This document shows positions 31,751-32,637 of a stretch of 32,637 nucleotides of DNA, piece after piece. A program made the position numbers and the translations under genes. The notes under the pieces are model-generated. The model saw only the letters and a program-made list of their open reading frames with translations, was not told the origin of the DNA and did not search any database. Each line of letters opens with the position of its first letter. The first letter of the stretch is position 1. This DNA comes from a virus (taxonomy: Duplodnaviria > Caudoviricetes). Where the stretch lies: positions 1-32,637 of IMG/VR virus record IMGVR_UViG_3300037722_001641, one strand, 5' to 3'.

Positions 31751-32131
31751 ATGCAAGGCCAGCCAGCCAAGCTGCTGGCGGAGCGCGACGTGTGCCTGCT
31801 TCTGCGCGCCGTCCGTCGCCACCGCCATCCGCTGCGCGATCGCGTCATCCTGCTGCTCAGCCTCAAGGCCGGCCTGCGCGCCGGCGAGATCGCTGCCCTC
31901 ACCTGGCGCATGCTCGAGCGCGCCGACGGGTGCATCGGCTTCGTGATCGACCTCCCCGGCGCCGCCGCCAAGGGTGGCAGCGGCCGGCGCGTGCCGATCA
32001 ACACCGACCTCCGCCGCGCCCTCATCGTGCTGCGCAAGCGCCAGCCGCGCACCATCCACGTCATCACCTCCGAGCGCGGCCATCCATGGAAGAAGTTAGC
32101 ATCATCGGCGTCGATCTTGCAAAGAACGTGA
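31751..32131 (+). pseudogene. Truncated small tyrosine recombinase (integrase family)
   Basis: RBS GGAG. RDRVILLLSLKAGLRAGEIAALTW (first catalytic Arg) and AKGGSGRRVPIN (Lys) are present. Homology ends at SERGHP; HxxR and the catalytic Tyr are missing. Confidence 0.85.
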
Positions 32132-32175
32132 TCCAGCTGCACGGGGCGGCGGCGGACGGGTCGGTCATTAACTAA
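32086..32175 (+). mobile_element. IS110-family transposase N-terminal remnant (29 aa)
   Basis: MEEVSIIGVDLAKNVIQLHGAAADGSV matches the IGxDLAKxxFQxHG start of IS110/IS1111 DEDD recombinases; followed by an immediate stop. Confidence 0.8.
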
Positions 32176-32249
32176 GGCGGGGGGCGATGCAAATGTGCAT
32201 GTGTAAACAAAAACAACAGCTTATGGGGTGGAGAAGGTTAGACGTCAGG

Positions 32250-32265
32250 CCCTTCCCCTCCGCCA
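32250..32265 (+). other. tRNA-3'-end-like sequence, possible att core remnant
   Basis: CCCTTCCCCTCCGCCA resembles tRNA-Ser 3' ends (...CCCTCCCTCTCCGCCA) without the rest of a tRNA; next to recombinase remnants. Confidence 0.4.
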
Positions 32266-32291
32266 CTTGCCCGCGCGAAAGCGTTCTCCCG

Positions 32292-32313
32292 ATCCGGCTG
32301 CGGCCGGATTTTT
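32292..32313 (+). terminator. Terminator-like hairpin
   Basis: ATCCGGC-TGCG-GCCGGAT followed by TTTT. Confidence 0.55.
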
Positions 32314-32637
32314 CCGTTGTTTTCGAGGGTTATGCGGGAGGGGCTGAGCACTGGCCCATGCGCCAGTAAGCGCGGAAGCGGTCTCTCAGGGCCGATATTC
32401 TCCGGACCTCATGACTGCGTCGATTTGGTGAATAGCTTACAACCGCATGAAACTGCTTTCTTTTTCCGAGGCTGCGGCTGAACACTTCGATGCCAGTGGC
32501 ATTCGCGAGATGGAACATAGATCGAACTCTCACCGTCAGAATAGCTCGGTGCTACCGTCGTCACGGATGCGGACAGCAGCCCGAGCACGCCGGGTGGAAC
32601 CTCACCCTCCGTCTGCTCCCGTACACGGCGAAGCAGC

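Noticed and set aside
32590-32615. Second tRNA-like end (GGAACCTCACCCTCCGTC)
   Set aside because: Too degenerate, no CCA and no cloverleaf.

Overview
Mosaic window from a high-GC alphaproteobacterium, probably Rhodobacterales (inferred from gene families and a GAAC-N7-GAAC LexA box). (1) 1-13675 (+): late region of a lambda-like siphovirus prophage. It runs from the end of the major capsid gene through head-tail and tail-completion genes, tail tube, a G/GT tail chaperone with a -1 frameshift site and stimulatory hairpin, tape measure, distal tail/hub/NlpC-like/J-like tip, fibre genes and a lysis module (DUF6127-like, M15 peptidase, overlapping spanins). (2) 14156-20264 (-): a LexA-boxed SRAP-imuA-imuB-dnaE2 mutagenesis operon. 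(3) 20480-30863 (-): a lower-GC two-gene unit, an 88-aa two-TM gene coupled to a 3371-aa RTX protein. The RTX protein has a low-GC N-terminal beta-rich domain, an FrpC-like self-processing module, ~23 DxDGDG beta-hairpin repeats, two DUF4214-like domains and 7 RTX modules. This is the best candidate for an undescribed system: a type I-secreted polymorphic toxin with N-terminal cargo and an upstream immunity gene. (4) 31639-32313: a truncated tyrosine recombinase joined to an IS110 fragment, then a tRNA-3'-end-like possible att remnant and a hairpin. Family names come from motif recognition, not database searches.
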